A stretch of 63,783 nt of DNA, counting the filler. It is 7 parts of 7 records of this genome, joined end to end, with 100 filler letters (N's around TTAATTAATTAA, not from the genome) between each part and the next. Parts side by side here need not be neighbours in the genome. Positions count along the whole stretch, not along the records: positions 34,450 to 51,308 come from SRR31156797_28614; 6 more parts are not named here. One strand, 5' to 3'. A program made the position numbers and the translations under genes. The number at the start of each line of letters is the position of its first letter. Position 1 is the stretch's first letter. The notes under the pieces were generated by a model. The model had not been told where the DNA came from and searched no databases. It worked only from the letters and a program-made list of their open reading frames with translations. Shown here in pieces: positions 38,416 through 48,827 of this stretch.

Positions 38416-39174
38416 ATGCGTCACCTCATAGCTTTTTTCGCGCTTCTGGCCTTGCTTGCTATGGCCGGTTGTGGCTCGCTGAATCCTTATCCGAAGCATG
38501 TGTATTCCACACCGCCTTCGGGAAAGGATGGGGCCGTATCGCCAAGATATGATCCTAAAACCAATCCGTATACAGTCATGGGAAAGACTTATTATCCACT
38601 CAAGACAGCCCATGGATATGATGAAGTGGGGATGGCATCCTGGTATGGCAAGGATTTTCACGGTAAGAAGACCGCCAACGGATATATATACAACATGTAT
38701 GGTGTGTCCGCTGCCCATAAGATCCTGCCGCTGGGCACACAGGTACGTGTAACCAATCTTGAGAATAACCGAAGTGTGGTCCTTGTCATCAATGATCGTG
38801 GACCATTTGTGCATGGGCGTATTCTTGACCTTTCCTATGGTGCAGCCAAGAAGCTTGGTACTGTGGACCGCGGGGTTGCCAAAGTTCGGATTACGGCTGT
38901 GGGAACTGTGCCCGGGGCAACAACTCGTGTTGTTGCGTCATCCGCAAAGCAGTACCATGTTAGAGTAGGGGCTTTTGCAAACAGGGCAAATGCCGAAAGA
39001 GTACACAGGGACCTAGTTGCCAGCGGTTATGGCAATGCCAAAATCAGAACGATTACGCGTGATGGCCGTCGGTTACATGTCGTGCAGGCTGGAACTTTCT
39101 CCAATCGGGATAAGGCCGAGCAGGTGTTGGAGAAATTGAAAGATAACTTCCCTACTAGCTATATTATCAGCTAA
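38416..39174 (+). CDS. rlpA: Septal ring lytic transglycosylase RlpA with SPOR domain
   Basis: Lipobox MAGC; GMASWYG, AAHKILP, INDRGPF, DLSYGAA; SPOR VGAF. Confidence 0.95.
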   Translation: MRHLIAFFALLALLAMAGCGSLNPYPKHVYSTPPSGKDGAVSPRYDPKTNPYTVMGKTYYPLKTAHGYDEVGMASWYGKDFHGKKTANGYIYNMYGVSAAHKILPLGTQVRVTNLENNRSVVLVINDRGPFVHGRILDLSYGAAKKLGTVDRGVAKVRITAVGTVPGATTRVVASSAKQYHVRVGAFANRANAERVHRDLVASGYGNAKIRTITRDGRRLHVVQAGTFSNRDKAEQVLEKLKDNFPTSYIIS

Positions 39175-39335
39175 CATACAGGATAAGGTGTTTCGAATCG
39201 CCTGTTTTATGGAAAAAGTTGCGCTATACGGCGCTTTTTGACTTCCCATAACCTTTTTGAGCGTGTATAAACCGTCGAAATGAACAACGTGTCATTTGTT
39301 TAAGACATCAAATAAACCACTTGTAGGAGTTTTTT

Positions 39336-39608
39336 ATGACCAAAGCTGAACTCGTAGCGAAGATTGCTGAAAAGAACGGTACTTCCAAAGCACAGGCTGA
39401 AGCTTCCATGAACGCCATTCTCGACATCATTCAGGACGAGCTGGCCGCTGGCAACAAGTTGACCCTGACCGGCTTCGGTACCTTCAGCGTCAGCGAAAGA
39501 AAAGCACGCACTGGCCGCAATCCCCGCACTGGCGCAGAGATCAAGATCCCTGCTACCAAGGTTGCACAGTTCAAGCCCGGCAAGGTCCTCAAGGACGCCG
39601 TTAAGTAG
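39336..39608 (+). CDS. hup: DNA-binding protein HU
   Basis: MTKAEL...GFGTF...ARTGRNPRTG...FKPGK. Confidence 0.96.
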   Translation: MTKAELVAKIAEKNGTSKAQAEASMNAILDIIQDELAAGNKLTLTGFGTFSVSERKARTGRNPRTGAEIKIPATKVAQFKPGKVLKDAVK

Positions 39609-39629
39609 CTGCGATTAAAGAGGTATGTA

Positions 39630-39664
39630 AAAGCCCCTCCGGTCTGACCGGAGGGGCTTTTTTT
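39630..39664. terminator. Bidirectional terminator
   Basis: AAAGCCCCTCCGG...CCGGAGGGGCTTTTTT. Confidence 0.85.
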
Positions 39665-39688
39665 GTGTGCTTTTTTTGTTAAAAAAAT

Positions 39689-39719
39689 GGTTCCCCGACC
39701 GTGGGGTGATCGGGGAACC
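39689..39719 (-). terminator. Terminator of the lactate operon
   Basis: GGTTCCCCGA...TCGGGGAACC preceded by an A run on the plus strand. Confidence 0.65.
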
Positions 39720-39817
39720 TACATAGAGGCCATGTCATTGGGAGGAAGCGGGGTAGTGAGCTTCTATGGATTGCGGTCCTTACCTTTTGAAAGCCTCATG
39801 TAATTTGGTCTGTATGG

Positions 39818-41971
39818 TTACTTCTTTTTGTTGTCTGCCAGTATTTCCGAAACGTGTCTGACTTTGATTTTGGAACCACGCTGTTTCAAACCACCTCGCA
39901 ACTGCATGATGCAACCGGGGCAATCTGTGAGGAGCGTTGTTGCACCAGTCTCTTCCACATTGGTGAGCTTCTTGTTCAGTAGTTCGGCAGAGAGTTCCGG
40001 GAACTTCATGGAGAAGGTACCGCCAAATCCGCAGCAGACTTCTTCTTCGGCGCATTCCACATATTCCATACCGCCCTTTTCAATGAGCTGGCGGGGGGCG
40101 TCATGCACTTCAAGACCTCGGCAGAGATGGCACGGTGCATGGTATGTAGCTTTCTCTTTGCTTTCATTGAAATCGACTTTTTTTACTTTGAGAACGTCGT
40201 TCACAAAAGAGGAGTAGTCGATAATCTTGTCGGCAAAGGCGTCTGCCCGATATTTGAGAGCGGGCCTGTCCATCACCAGTTTGGGATAGTTATGTTTGAG
40301 GTGGGCCGCACAGGAGGCACACAAGGTAATAATATAGTCATAGGCGTCCGGCTCGAAAGCACGCAGGTTTTGCTTGGCGACATCGCGGGATGCTTCCATT
40401 TCACCCATCATCTGAACTGGCAGACCGCAACAGGACTGTTCCATGGGATATTCCATGCTCACGTTGTTGGCGGCAAAGAGTTCAACAGCAGCCTGCATTT
40501 GTTCAGGATAAACGAAGTCCTGCACGCAACCGGAGAACAGGGCAACCCTGAGTTTGGGTTTCTTTACTTCCGGGCGATTGTCTTTCCACCAGTCGCGGAA
40601 TGGCTTTTCCGCAATAGTCGGCAGAGCGCGGAAGCTGTGTTCCTTGGAGAAGATCATGGGCAGATGGCGGATGAATCCGTCTTTTTCAGCCACGGGCTTC
40701 TGGCCCCATTTCGCAGTGCGAAGCAGAGTGTGGAACAACTTGCGATTCCTGAGAACTTTGCTCAGCAGGACACTCGGCAATGGGTGGCCGTCTTCATCCT
40801 GAATACGGGCGTGGATTTCTTTGATGAGTCGAGGCAGATCAATGCCGCCAGCACAGACGTCCTTGCACGCTTCACAGTTGATACAGTTTTGAACGAGGTT
40901 TTTGGCCTTGTCTTTGCCGTGGAAGAAGTATGTCAGGATCAGGCCGATGGCACCGATATAAATGTGGCCCATCTTGTGACCGCCAACCAGTCGGTAAACC
41001 GGGCAGACGTTGGCGCAGGCGCCACAACGGACACAGCGGTTAACCTGTGAGAACAAAGAATCCTTGAGCAATTCTGAGCGGCCATTGTCCAATACAACGT
41101 AGTGAATTTCTTTTTTGCCGTCTTCAGCGGAAAGACATTCATTGGCGCCGGTGATCCATGTGACGTACGATGTTATCTGCTGCCCTGTAGCATTGCGTGG
41201 CAACGCTTTCAGGATGCGCAGAGCGTCGTGTAGGTTCGGCAGAAGTTTATCGATACCCATGAGAGCGACGTGCACGCGAGGCAAAGTGGAGACAAGGCGG
41301 GCATTGCCTTCGTTGGTAACCAGACCAATGCCGCCGGTTTCAGCCACGGCGAAGTTGGCACCGGTGATACCCATGTCTGCTTCAACGTATTTCTGTCTGA
41401 GTTCGCGACGGGCTACCTTGACCAGCTTTTCGATCTCGGCATCCTGTTTCGAACCGGTGACTTCCGTGAAAAGGTCACCAACCTGATAGCGGGACAGGTG
41501 GATGGCAGGCATGACCATGTGGGATGGTCCCTCGTGGCGCAACTGAATAATCCATTCACCAAGGTCGGTTTCAGTGACCTCAAGGCCAGCGTCTTCCAGA
41601 TCATGGTTGAGCAAAGTTTCCTCTGCGGTCATGGATTTTGATTTAACGATCTTTTTACAGTCGGAGTCTTTGGCAATTTGGGCGATGATCTGGTTGGCCT
41701 CGTCGCCGGTTTTGGCAAAGTGAACGTGGATGCCAGCGGCTTCCGCATTTTCTTTGAATTCTTTGTAGAGAGCTTCGAAATTTTCACCGGCTGCGTCTTT
41801 GGAACAGGCGATGTCGTCAATCAAGCCTCGTACGTCCATGCCTTTGAAGGCGTTGGCTCGTCCGGCTTTATAGGCCACGGCAAAATTATCAAGAGTCGTA
41901 CGCAGGAATTCATTGTCCAGAGATTCTTGTAATTCCTTGCGGTATTCTTTCAGGTTGTCAGCTTTTTGCAT
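39818..41971 (-). CDS. lldH: L-lactate dehydrogenase large Fe-S subunit (LutB + CCG domains)
   Basis: KSKSMTAEE, ETDLGEWIIQ, two ferredoxin motifs, CCG repeats. Confidence 0.9.
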   Translation of the reverse strand: MQKADNLKEYRKELQESLDNEFLRTTLDNFAVAYKAGRANAFKGMDVRGLIDDIACSKDAAGENFEALYKEFKENAEAAGIHVHFAKTGDEANQIIAQIAKDSDCKKIVKSKSMTAEETLLNHDLEDAGLEVTETDLGEWIIQLRHEGPSHMVMPAIHLSRYQVGDLFTEVTGSKQDAEIEKLVKVARRELRQKYVEADMGITGANFAVAETGGIGLVTNEGNARLVSTLPRVHVALMGIDKLLPNLHDALRILKALPRNATGQQITSYVTWITGANECLSAEDGKKEIHYVVLDNGRSELLKDSLFSQVNRCVRCGACANVCPVYRLVGGHKMGHIYIGAIGLILTYFFHGKDKAKNLVQNCINCEACKDVCAGGIDLPRLIKEIHARIQDEDGHPLPSVLLSKVLRNRKLFHTLLRTAKWGQKPVAEKDGFIRHLPMIFSKEHSFRALPTIAEKPFRDWWKDNRPEVKKPKLRVALFSGCVQDFVYPEQMQAAVELFAANNVSMEYPMEQSCCGLPVQMMGEMEASRDVAKQNLRAFEPDAYDYIITLCASCAAHLKHNYPKLVMDRPALKYRADAFADKIIDYSSFVNDVLKVKKVDFNESKEKATYHAPCHLCRGLEVHDAPRQLIEKGGMEYVECAEEEVCCGFGGTFSMKFPELSAELLNKKLTNVEETGATTLLTDCPGCIMQLRGGLKQRGSKIKVRHVSEILADNKKK

Positions 41972-42600
41972 TATTGGTCCTCCAGAATAAGGATATGGAG
42001 TTCAAGGGGACCGTGCACGCCAAGGGCAAGCACGCGTTCGATGTCGGCGGTGCGGCTGGCACCAGTGATGAAGGCCAGATAGTTCGGTGTTTTCTTCATC
42101 CGGGTGAGCATCATCTTTTCTACGCCGTAGGTATTCGCACGAATCTTGGATTTCGGAACAACACAGACGTGATATTCGCTGACCATGGTGGCAAGACGGA
42201 GTTCTTCACTCGGGCAGTCGACCATCAGGGTGCCGGTGTCGGCAATGCCGTATTCGGCAATGGTGAAACCGATGTCGATGCCAGCAAGATGTTTGCGCAT
42301 GCCGGAATCAATACAGTCGAAACCGGATTTCTTGGATTTGGCGGCCAGCGTTTCGTACAAATCGCTTTTCAGGCCCGGTGCGGCGATGACTTTGGTTTGT
42401 TTCGCATCGCACAAAGCTTCGGCGTTTTCAGAAAGATCGGCTTCACAGCCGCTGGCCAAAAGCTGACATGCTTCTTTTTTGTCACACAGGTTGATGACAT
42501 AATCGACGGCAGCTTCTTCGCTGTCGATATTCGTCACAATCGCGGAAACGAGTTCCGCTTTTTCCACAAACGTTTGATACAATGTATCTTTGGATGACAT
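41971..42600 (-). CDS. lldG: LUD-domain lactate utilisation protein (LutC-like)
   Basis: ITGASRTADIERVLALGVHGP. Confidence 0.9.
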   Translation of the reverse strand: MSSKDTLYQTFVEKAELVSAIVTNIDSEEAAVDYVINLCDKKEACQLLASGCEADLSENAEALCDAKQTKVIAAPGLKSDLYETLAAKSKKSGFDCIDSGMRKHLAGIDIGFTIAEYGIADTGTLMVDCPSEELRLATMVSEYHVCVVPKSKIRANTYGVEKMMLTRMKKTPNYLAFITGASRTADIERVLALGVHGPLELHILILEDQ

Positions 42601-42661
42601 GTATCCACCTCCAGATAGATTCGACCAAGGGCCAATGGCTCCCGCAACAGGTCGTTACTGA

Positions 42662-43864
42662 TTAATTTACAAAATTCTTTGTTTCGCGTGCAATCGCGAG
42701 CTCTTCGTTGGTCGGGATAACCCAGACCTCGATCGAACTGTCTTTCGCACTGATTTTTAAAGGTTCTGCCGCACGCTGTGCATTCGTCATTTGATCGATT
42801 TTTACACCGAAACATTCCAATCCTTTCAACGATTCGCGACGGACTATATAGTCATTTTCACCAATCCCGGCGGTGAAAATTATGGCATCGACATGGCCCA
42901 GAACAGCCATGTAACTACCAATATATTTACGGTTTCTGTAGGTTTGGACATCCAGAGCGAGTTTGGCTTTTTCATCGCCCATTTCAATGGCCGCGTGGAT
43001 GTCGCGCATATCGTTCATGCCGCACAGTCCTTTGAGGCCTGATTCCTTATTGAGCATTTTGTCCACGTCTTCTGATGTCATGTCGCGGGTACGTGCCAGC
43101 AAGGCGTGCAGGGCCGGGTCTACATCGCCGGAACGTGTGCCCATGACAAGGCCTTCCAGCGGGGTGATGCCCATGGATGTGTCGATCGCTTTTCCTTCCT
43201 TGGTCGCGGTCATTGAACAACCGTTGCCAAGGTGTACTGTTATACAGTTGAATTCTTCAAAAGATTTTCCAATGATACTGGCCGCTTCTTTGGCTATAAA
43301 GCCGTGAGAGGTGCCGTGGAAACCATAGCGACGGATACGCATTTCATCATACAACTCATAAGGGAGTGCGTACATGTATGCTTTGGGAGGCAATGTTTGG
43401 TGGTATGCTGTGTCCATGACAACCACCTGTGGAACGTCGGCGAAGAGATGCCGCGCCACACGGATTCCGGCCAGATGGCCGGGGTTATGCAATGGCGCCA
43501 ATGGGATGATTTTTTCCAATTCCTCAACAACAGCGTCGTTAACCAAAGTCGGCTCATGCAGTTTTTCACCACCGTGTACGATCCGGTGGCCGATGGCTGC
43601 TATTTCACTTTTATCTTTGACGACACCATTCTCACCACAAATGAGATCAATGGCGAGTGTCATGCCGACTTCATGGTCAGAAATAGGCTGTTCCAGCTTG
43701 ATTTTTTCAGCAGCATCGGTGTCGGGTGCGACCTTATGGGTCAGACGACCGACTTCTTCTCCGATGCGTTCTACAAGGCCTGTGCAGAGAACGGATTCGT
43801 TGTTCATGTCGAGCAACTGGTACTTGATGGACGAGCTGCCGGAGTTGATGACGAGTACTTTCAT
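42662..43864 (-). CDS. ackA: Acetate kinase
   Basis: VINSGSSSIKY, APLHNP, YGFHGTSH, TAGIGEN and PTNEE motifs. Confidence 0.97.
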   Translation of the reverse strand: MKVLVINSGSSSIKYQLLDMNNESVLCTGLVERIGEEVGRLTHKVAPDTDAAEKIKLEQPISDHEVGMTLAIDLICGENGVVKDKSEIAAIGHRIVHGGEKLHEPTLVNDAVVEELEKIIPLAPLHNPGHLAGIRVARHLFADVPQVVVMDTAYHQTLPPKAYMYALPYELYDEMRIRRYGFHGTSHGFIAKEAASIIGKSFEEFNCITVHLGNGCSMTATKEGKAIDTSMGITPLEGLVMGTRSGDVDPALHALLARTRDMTSEDVDKMLNKESGLKGLCGMNDMRDIHAAIEMGDEKAKLALDVQTYRNRKYIGSYMAVLGHVDAIIFTAGIGENDYIVRRESLKGLECFGVKIDQMTNAQRAAEPLKISAKDSSIEVWVIPTNEELAIARETKNFVN

Positions 43865-45979
43865 TTATTCACCTTTTTCGGCTTGAGCCTGGATGGCGGT
43901 AATTGCGACGGTGTTGACGACGTCCGGCACGGTACAACCGCGAGACAGGTCGTTGACCGGCTTATTCAATCCCTGAAGAATCGGGCCGATGGCAACGGCG
44001 TTGGCGGCACGTTGGACGGCTTTGTATGTGTTGTTGCCGGTGTTGAGGTCTGGGAAGACAAACACGGAGGCCTGTCCTGCGACATCTGATTCCGGCAGCT
44101 TGACTTTGGCCACTTTGGGGTCCACGGCGGCGTCGTACTGAAGCGGTCCTTCGATGGGGAAGTCCAGTCCGCGTCCTTCAATAAGGGTCTTGGCAATACG
44201 TGTTGCCTCTGTGACTTTTTCCACATCCTCACCCTTGCCGGAAGAACCTGTCGAGTAACTCAGCATGGCAACCCTTGGAGTCACACCGAAAATCTTGGCG
44301 GTTTCGGCGGCACTGATGGCTATTTCAGCTAATTGGCGGGCATCCGGGTTGGGGTTCACGGCGCAGTCGCCGTATACCAACACACGGTCTTTGAGGCACA
44401 TGAGGAAGACCGAGGAGACGATGGAGCTGCCTGGTTTGGTTTTTACAAATTCAAAAGCGGGACGGATGGTTTGAGCGGTGGTGGTCACGGAACCGGATAC
44501 CATACCGTCTGCAAATCCTTTGTGAACCATCATGGTTCCGAAGTAGGTCGGGTCGGCCATGCGGTCCCAGGCAACTTCGGCGATGACACCCTTGTGTTGG
44601 CGTAATTCAAGATATTCCTCGGCAAAGGAGTCGAGAAGTTCGGATTCGGATGGGTCGATGAGCTGTGCACCAGATATATCCACACCGTACTTTGACGCCT
44701 TGTCGCGAATTTCATCTTTACGACCAAGCAAAATGATTTCGGCTACACCGCGTCTGAGCAGGATGTCGGCGGCGCGCAAGATGCGTTCTCCGGTTCCTTC
44801 AGGCAGGACAATGCGTTGCTTGTTACGGGATGCTTTGTCGAACAGGGAATACTCGAACATTTTTGGGGTGACACGAGTGGAGCGTTTTTCAACCAGCCGG
44901 TCACGAAGCTCAGGTACGTTCACATGCTGGGTAAATCCGCCGAGTGCGGTGGCGATGCGTTGATGATCGTTAGCTTCAATACGGCCATATAACCGATTGA
45001 GTTCCTGAACGTTTTGGTAGGTGTGCCCTTTGACCGAAAGAACGGGAACCGGAACACCTGTCCAGCCTTCGATGAGTTTATGCACGTTGGCTGAAACATC
45101 CAGCCCTCCAGTCAGCACGATACCTGCTATGTCAGGATAGGAACTGGAGAGTCGAGAGGCGAGGCTGGACAGAATGATGTCCGATCGATCGCCGGGAGTA
45201 ATGATCAAGCTGCCTGGTTTGATATATTGCAGAAAGTTACCGATCTGCATGGCCGCGATCACGTAATTGTCGACGAGGGTTTGCATGCCGCTGTGTCCAT
45301 AAAGGATGTCGGCATCAAGCCAGCGTTTGACATCACCGATGCTTGGTTTGCCAAGGGCTTCATTTTCGGGGATGACATACAGTGGCATATGCTCACCGTT
45401 GCGATCACACTCGATGGTGTCACACAACTCATGAGTCATACCTTCGGGAGCACGGTTAACTACGCAGGCAATGAAATCCACACCCTTTTCAGACAATGTG
45501 TCCAATGTGGACTGGGTGATGTTAACCACTTCATCCGGGGTTTTGTCTCTGCCAGACGTGATTACGAGCATGGGCGATCCGATGTTGGCAGCGATGTCGG
45601 CATTGAGGTCAAACTCGAAAGCCGGGTCTTTGCCCTTGAAGTCGGTGCCTTCGCAGAGGACGAAGTCGTATTCTTCCTCCAACGATTTATATTTGTTCAG
45701 AATATTCTCAAGTACAAGCGCGTGCTGACCTGAATTGATCAGCTCACGCGCTTGCTTGAGAGTATACGCGTAGGTGTCGCGATAAGGGATGGACATCTTG
45801 AAGTGGTCGATCATCAAGGCGATGTCGTGGTCTTTGTTTCCCTCACCCGGGTCATTAATGATGGGGCGGAAGATGGCGACGTTGTGCAGTTCTCTGAGGA
45901 GCATTTGCATGACGCCCAGAACTACAGCTGATTTGCCACTTCTTTCTTCCGTCGCGCTCACATACAGGCTTTTGGACAT
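43865..45979 (-). CDS. pta: Phosphate acetyltransferase, long form
   Basis: BioD-like N-terminus, DRTGG (TPGDRSD), GPLQYDAA, VNDLSRGC. Confidence 0.97.
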   Translation of the reverse strand: MSKSLYVSATEERSGKSAVVLGVMQMLLRELHNVAIFRPIINDPGEGNKDHDIALMIDHFKMSIPYRDTYAYTLKQARELINSGQHALVLENILNKYKSLEEEYDFVLCEGTDFKGKDPAFEFDLNADIAANIGSPMLVITSGRDKTPDEVVNITQSTLDTLSEKGVDFIACVVNRAPEGMTHELCDTIECDRNGEHMPLYVIPENEALGKPSIGDVKRWLDADILYGHSGMQTLVDNYVIAAMQIGNFLQYIKPGSLIITPGDRSDIILSSLASRLSSSYPDIAGIVLTGGLDVSANVHKLIEGWTGVPVPVLSVKGHTYQNVQELNRLYGRIEANDHQRIATALGGFTQHVNVPELRDRLVEKRSTRVTPKMFEYSLFDKASRNKQRIVLPEGTGERILRAADILLRRGVAEIILLGRKDEIRDKASKYGVDISGAQLIDPSESELLDSFAEEYLELRQHKGVIAEVAWDRMADPTYFGTMMVHKGFADGMVSGSVTTTAQTIRPAFEFVKTKPGSSIVSSVFLMCLKDRVLVYGDCAVNPNPDARQLAEIAISAAETAKIFGVTPRVAMLSYSTGSSGKGEDVEKVTEATRIAKTLIEGRGLDFPIEGPLQYDAAVDPKVAKVKLPESDVAGQASVFVFPDLNTGNNTYKAVQRAANAVAIGPILQGLNKPVNDLSRGCTVPDVVNTVAITAIQAQAEKGE

Positions 45980-46010
45980 GGTTGGTTCCTTGTTACCTAT
46001 CCGTTTGTTA

Positions 46011-47291
46011 TTAAAGGCTTTCGGCGTAGAGTTCGATGACGTGCTTCACGTCCATCTTCGCGTTCTTCTGGGAGAGCATGTCAGTGATCTGGAGCATGCA
46101 TGCGGGACAACTGGTCGCGGCGGTTTGTACGCCGGATGCCATGATGTTGTCTGCCTTGCGGCTGCCGATCTTTTTGGACACGTCATAATGAGCAATATTG
46201 AAGCTTCCGCCGCAACCGCAGCAGGTACCGGCTTCTGCCATTTCCTTGAAGTCGCATCCCGCAGCCTGAATCATTGTTCTGGGCTGCGCAGTAACGCCGA
46301 GGGAGTTTTTCAGGTGGCACGGGTCGTGGTAGGTAACGCCTCGGCCTCCTTTGATATCCTTGGATTCTACCCCGAGAATATCCACCAGGAACTGGCTGAT
46401 GTCCAGAGTCTTCTTTTCCAACTGTGCAAGGTCGTATTTCAGTGCAGAGTTGCCACTGTACATACGAGGCCATAATTCTTTGATGGTAGCGGTACAGGTC
46501 GCGCACCCAGTAACGAGGTAGTCGAATTCGCCTGACTGGAGTCGCTCCATGTTAATGCCGACCAGCGTATCAAAGGTGTCGGTGTCACCGCTGGACAGGG
46601 CCGGAATGCCGCAGCATGCCTGACCGGAAGGCATGAATACGCCTACGCCGTGGTGGTCGAGTACCTTGAGGATCGCTTCGCCTACATTGGGGAATATCTT
46701 GTCGATAACGCAGCCTACGTAGAAGGCTACCTTAATACCGGATTTTCCGGCAGGAGTATCCAATTCCGGTACGATTTTATGCAGGGGTTTGGAGGCCAAG
46801 GTGTTAAAATGGCGGTCTCGAATTACCGGTGCATTGAACCGTGCACAAGATGAACCGAGCATGTCGTCCACTTTTTTGGTGAACAGCCCCTGGAATGTTG
46901 CACCCATGCCGGTCAGTGTGTTGAACAGCTTGGGGTTCTTGAGCATGCCTCGGAAAATAACCTTTTTCGTTGCGGACAGTCCGAAGTAGCCTGTCATGAT
47001 GGCGCGTGCCTTCAGGAAAATATCCATGACGGATACGCCTGACGGACAGTTGGCTTGACAAGTACCGCAGAGCAGGCAACGGTTGAGCTTTTCGTTAACG
47101 CCTTCCGGGTCTTCCAGCATCTCATTGGCAAGCCCTTCCAAGAGGGAGAGTTTACCGCGGGTGACATCGGTTTCACGACCGCTTTCGGCGAAGACCGGGC
47201 AAACAGCCTGGCACATGCCGCATTTCATGCAGCCGACCAGCTGGTCGTCCAGCTCCTTGAACATTTGTGCGAGTTTATTAATATCAGCCAT
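46011..47291 (-). CDS. D-lactate dehydrogenase Fe-S subunit (GlcF-like)
   Basis: CMKCGMCQAVCP, CLLCGTCQANCP and two CCG domains. Confidence 0.9.
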   Translation of the reverse strand: MADINKLAQMFKELDDQLVGCMKCGMCQAVCPVFAESGRETDVTRGKLSLLEGLANEMLEDPEGVNEKLNRCLLCGTCQANCPSGVSVMDIFLKARAIMTGYFGLSATKKVIFRGMLKNPKLFNTLTGMGATFQGLFTKKVDDMLGSSCARFNAPVIRDRHFNTLASKPLHKIVPELDTPAGKSGIKVAFYVGCVIDKIFPNVGEAILKVLDHHGVGVFMPSGQACCGIPALSSGDTDTFDTLVGINMERLQSGEFDYLVTGCATCTATIKELWPRMYSGNSALKYDLAQLEKKTLDISQFLVDILGVESKDIKGGRGVTYHDPCHLKNSLGVTAQPRTMIQAAGCDFKEMAEAGTCCGCGGSFNIAHYDVSKKIGSRKADNIMASGVQTAATSCPACMLQITDMLSQKNAKMDVKHVIELYAESL

Positions 47292-47300
47292 GATTGCCCC

Positions 47301-48689
47301 CTAGGACCTGGGACCGACGATTTTGTCGGGGTTGAGGATACCCTTGGGGTCAAGCACGGATTTCATGCGACGGGCATATTCTAAAGTACCACGAGAAGTT
47401 TCCTGCTCCAGATATTTGGACTTTGCCAGACCGATTCCGTGTTCGCCGGACAGTGTGCCACCCATGGCAAGCGCCTTGTCGAAGATCATGTCGATACCCT
47501 TTTCCACGCGTTCCCATTCGCTCTTGTCGCGTTTGTCAGTCAGGATAGTGGGGTGAAGGTTACCGTCACCGGCGTGCCCGAAGGTTCCGATGGTCAAGTC
47601 GAGTTTCTTGGAAATGCCTTCCAAGGCTTCGATCATGGCCGGAATCTTGGAACGCGGTACGGTGGCATCTTCTAATACGCAAGTGGGCTTGAGCTTGGCC
47701 AGTGCGGGCAAAGCATCGCGGCGGGCTTGCCAGACAGCGTCGCGTTCGGCGGCGTCTTTGGCAACTTTAAGTTCGGTGGCGCCGTTGGCTTTACAAATCT
47801 TTTCAACCATGGCGGCTTCGTCTTCCACCTGTGCGGGGTGGCCGTCCACTTCAATGAGCAGCAGGGCCGCAGCATCGACCGGCAGACCTGCACCACGGAA
47901 GTTTTCAACCGCACGAATGGTGAAGTTGTCCATCATCTCAAGTGTGGCGGGTACGATCTTGTTGGCGATGATTGCGGCGACTGTTTCGGATGCGGCCTTC
48001 ATTGAAGGGAAAATTGCCATCATAGATCGAGCTGCAGCAACAGGCGGAATGAGTTTGAGAATGATTTTGTCAAAAACACCCAGAGTCCCTTCGGAGGCGA
48101 TCATCAGGCCAGCCAAGTTGTAACCTGTGACACATTTGACGGTGCGGGAACCTGATTTAATCATGTTGCCGTTGACGTCCCAGAAGTCTACGCCCATGAC
48201 GTAGTCTTTGGTTACGCCATATTTGAGACCGCGAAGGCCACCTGCGTTTTCCGCAACGTTGCCACCAAGGGTTGATACGGCCTGACTGCCTGGATCCGGA
48301 GGATAGAAAAGGCCACGTTTGGCGACTTCTGCAGCAAACTTTGCTGTAACTACACCCGGTTCAACTACGGCGTACATGTCTTCTTCGTTGATTTCGAGAA
48401 TACGGTTCAGGCCGTTGGTCAAAACGACGACACCACCGGGGTGGGGGATGGTTCCGCCAGAAAGATTGGTCCCGGCTCCGCGAACGGTCAGGGGCAGGCC
48501 GTTATCGTTGCACAGTTTGGTGACAGCACCGAGAGCTTCACTGGTTTCCGGGCGGACGACCAGCGCGGGCATGACGGAGTCAAGAACGGCTGCATCGTAG
48601 GAATAGGCGTGACGGTCGGTCTCGCTGGTCATAACGTTGTCGGCACCGGCTATGGCTTCGAACTCTTTGACAATGGCATCTTTGGTCAT
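47301..48689 (-). CDS. D-lactate dehydrogenase FAD subunit (GlcD-like)
   Basis: RGAGTNLSGG, YPPDPGS, GHAGDGNLHP and SGEHGIG motifs. Confidence 0.92.
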   Translation of the reverse strand: MTKDAIVKEFEAIAGADNVMTSETDRHAYSYDAAVLDSVMPALVVRPETSEALGAVTKLCNDNGLPLTVRGAGTNLSGGTIPHPGGVVVLTNGLNRILEINEEDMYAVVEPGVVTAKFAAEVAKRGLFYPPDPGSQAVSTLGGNVAENAGGLRGLKYGVTKDYVMGVDFWDVNGNMIKSGSRTVKCVTGYNLAGLMIASEGTLGVFDKIILKLIPPVAAARSMMAIFPSMKAASETVAAIIANKIVPATLEMMDNFTIRAVENFRGAGLPVDAAALLLIEVDGHPAQVEDEAAMVEKICKANGATELKVAKDAAERDAVWQARRDALPALAKLKPTCVLEDATVPRSKIPAMIEALEGISKKLDLTIGTFGHAGDGNLHPTILTDKRDKSEWERVEKGIDMIFDKALAMGGTLSGEHGIGLAKSKYLEQETSRGTLEYARRMKSVLDPKGILNPDKIVGPRS

Positions 48690-48827
48690 GAGTGACTCCT
48701 AAAATATTTGTATGCTCGGATTGAATGCCGAGCTTATTGCGTATTGTAATTTGTTATCACAGTAACAGTAAGTCGTTGTGTGAAACAGGAGGCGGGAGTT
48801 TGTCCCGCCCCCCTTTTATAGCATAAC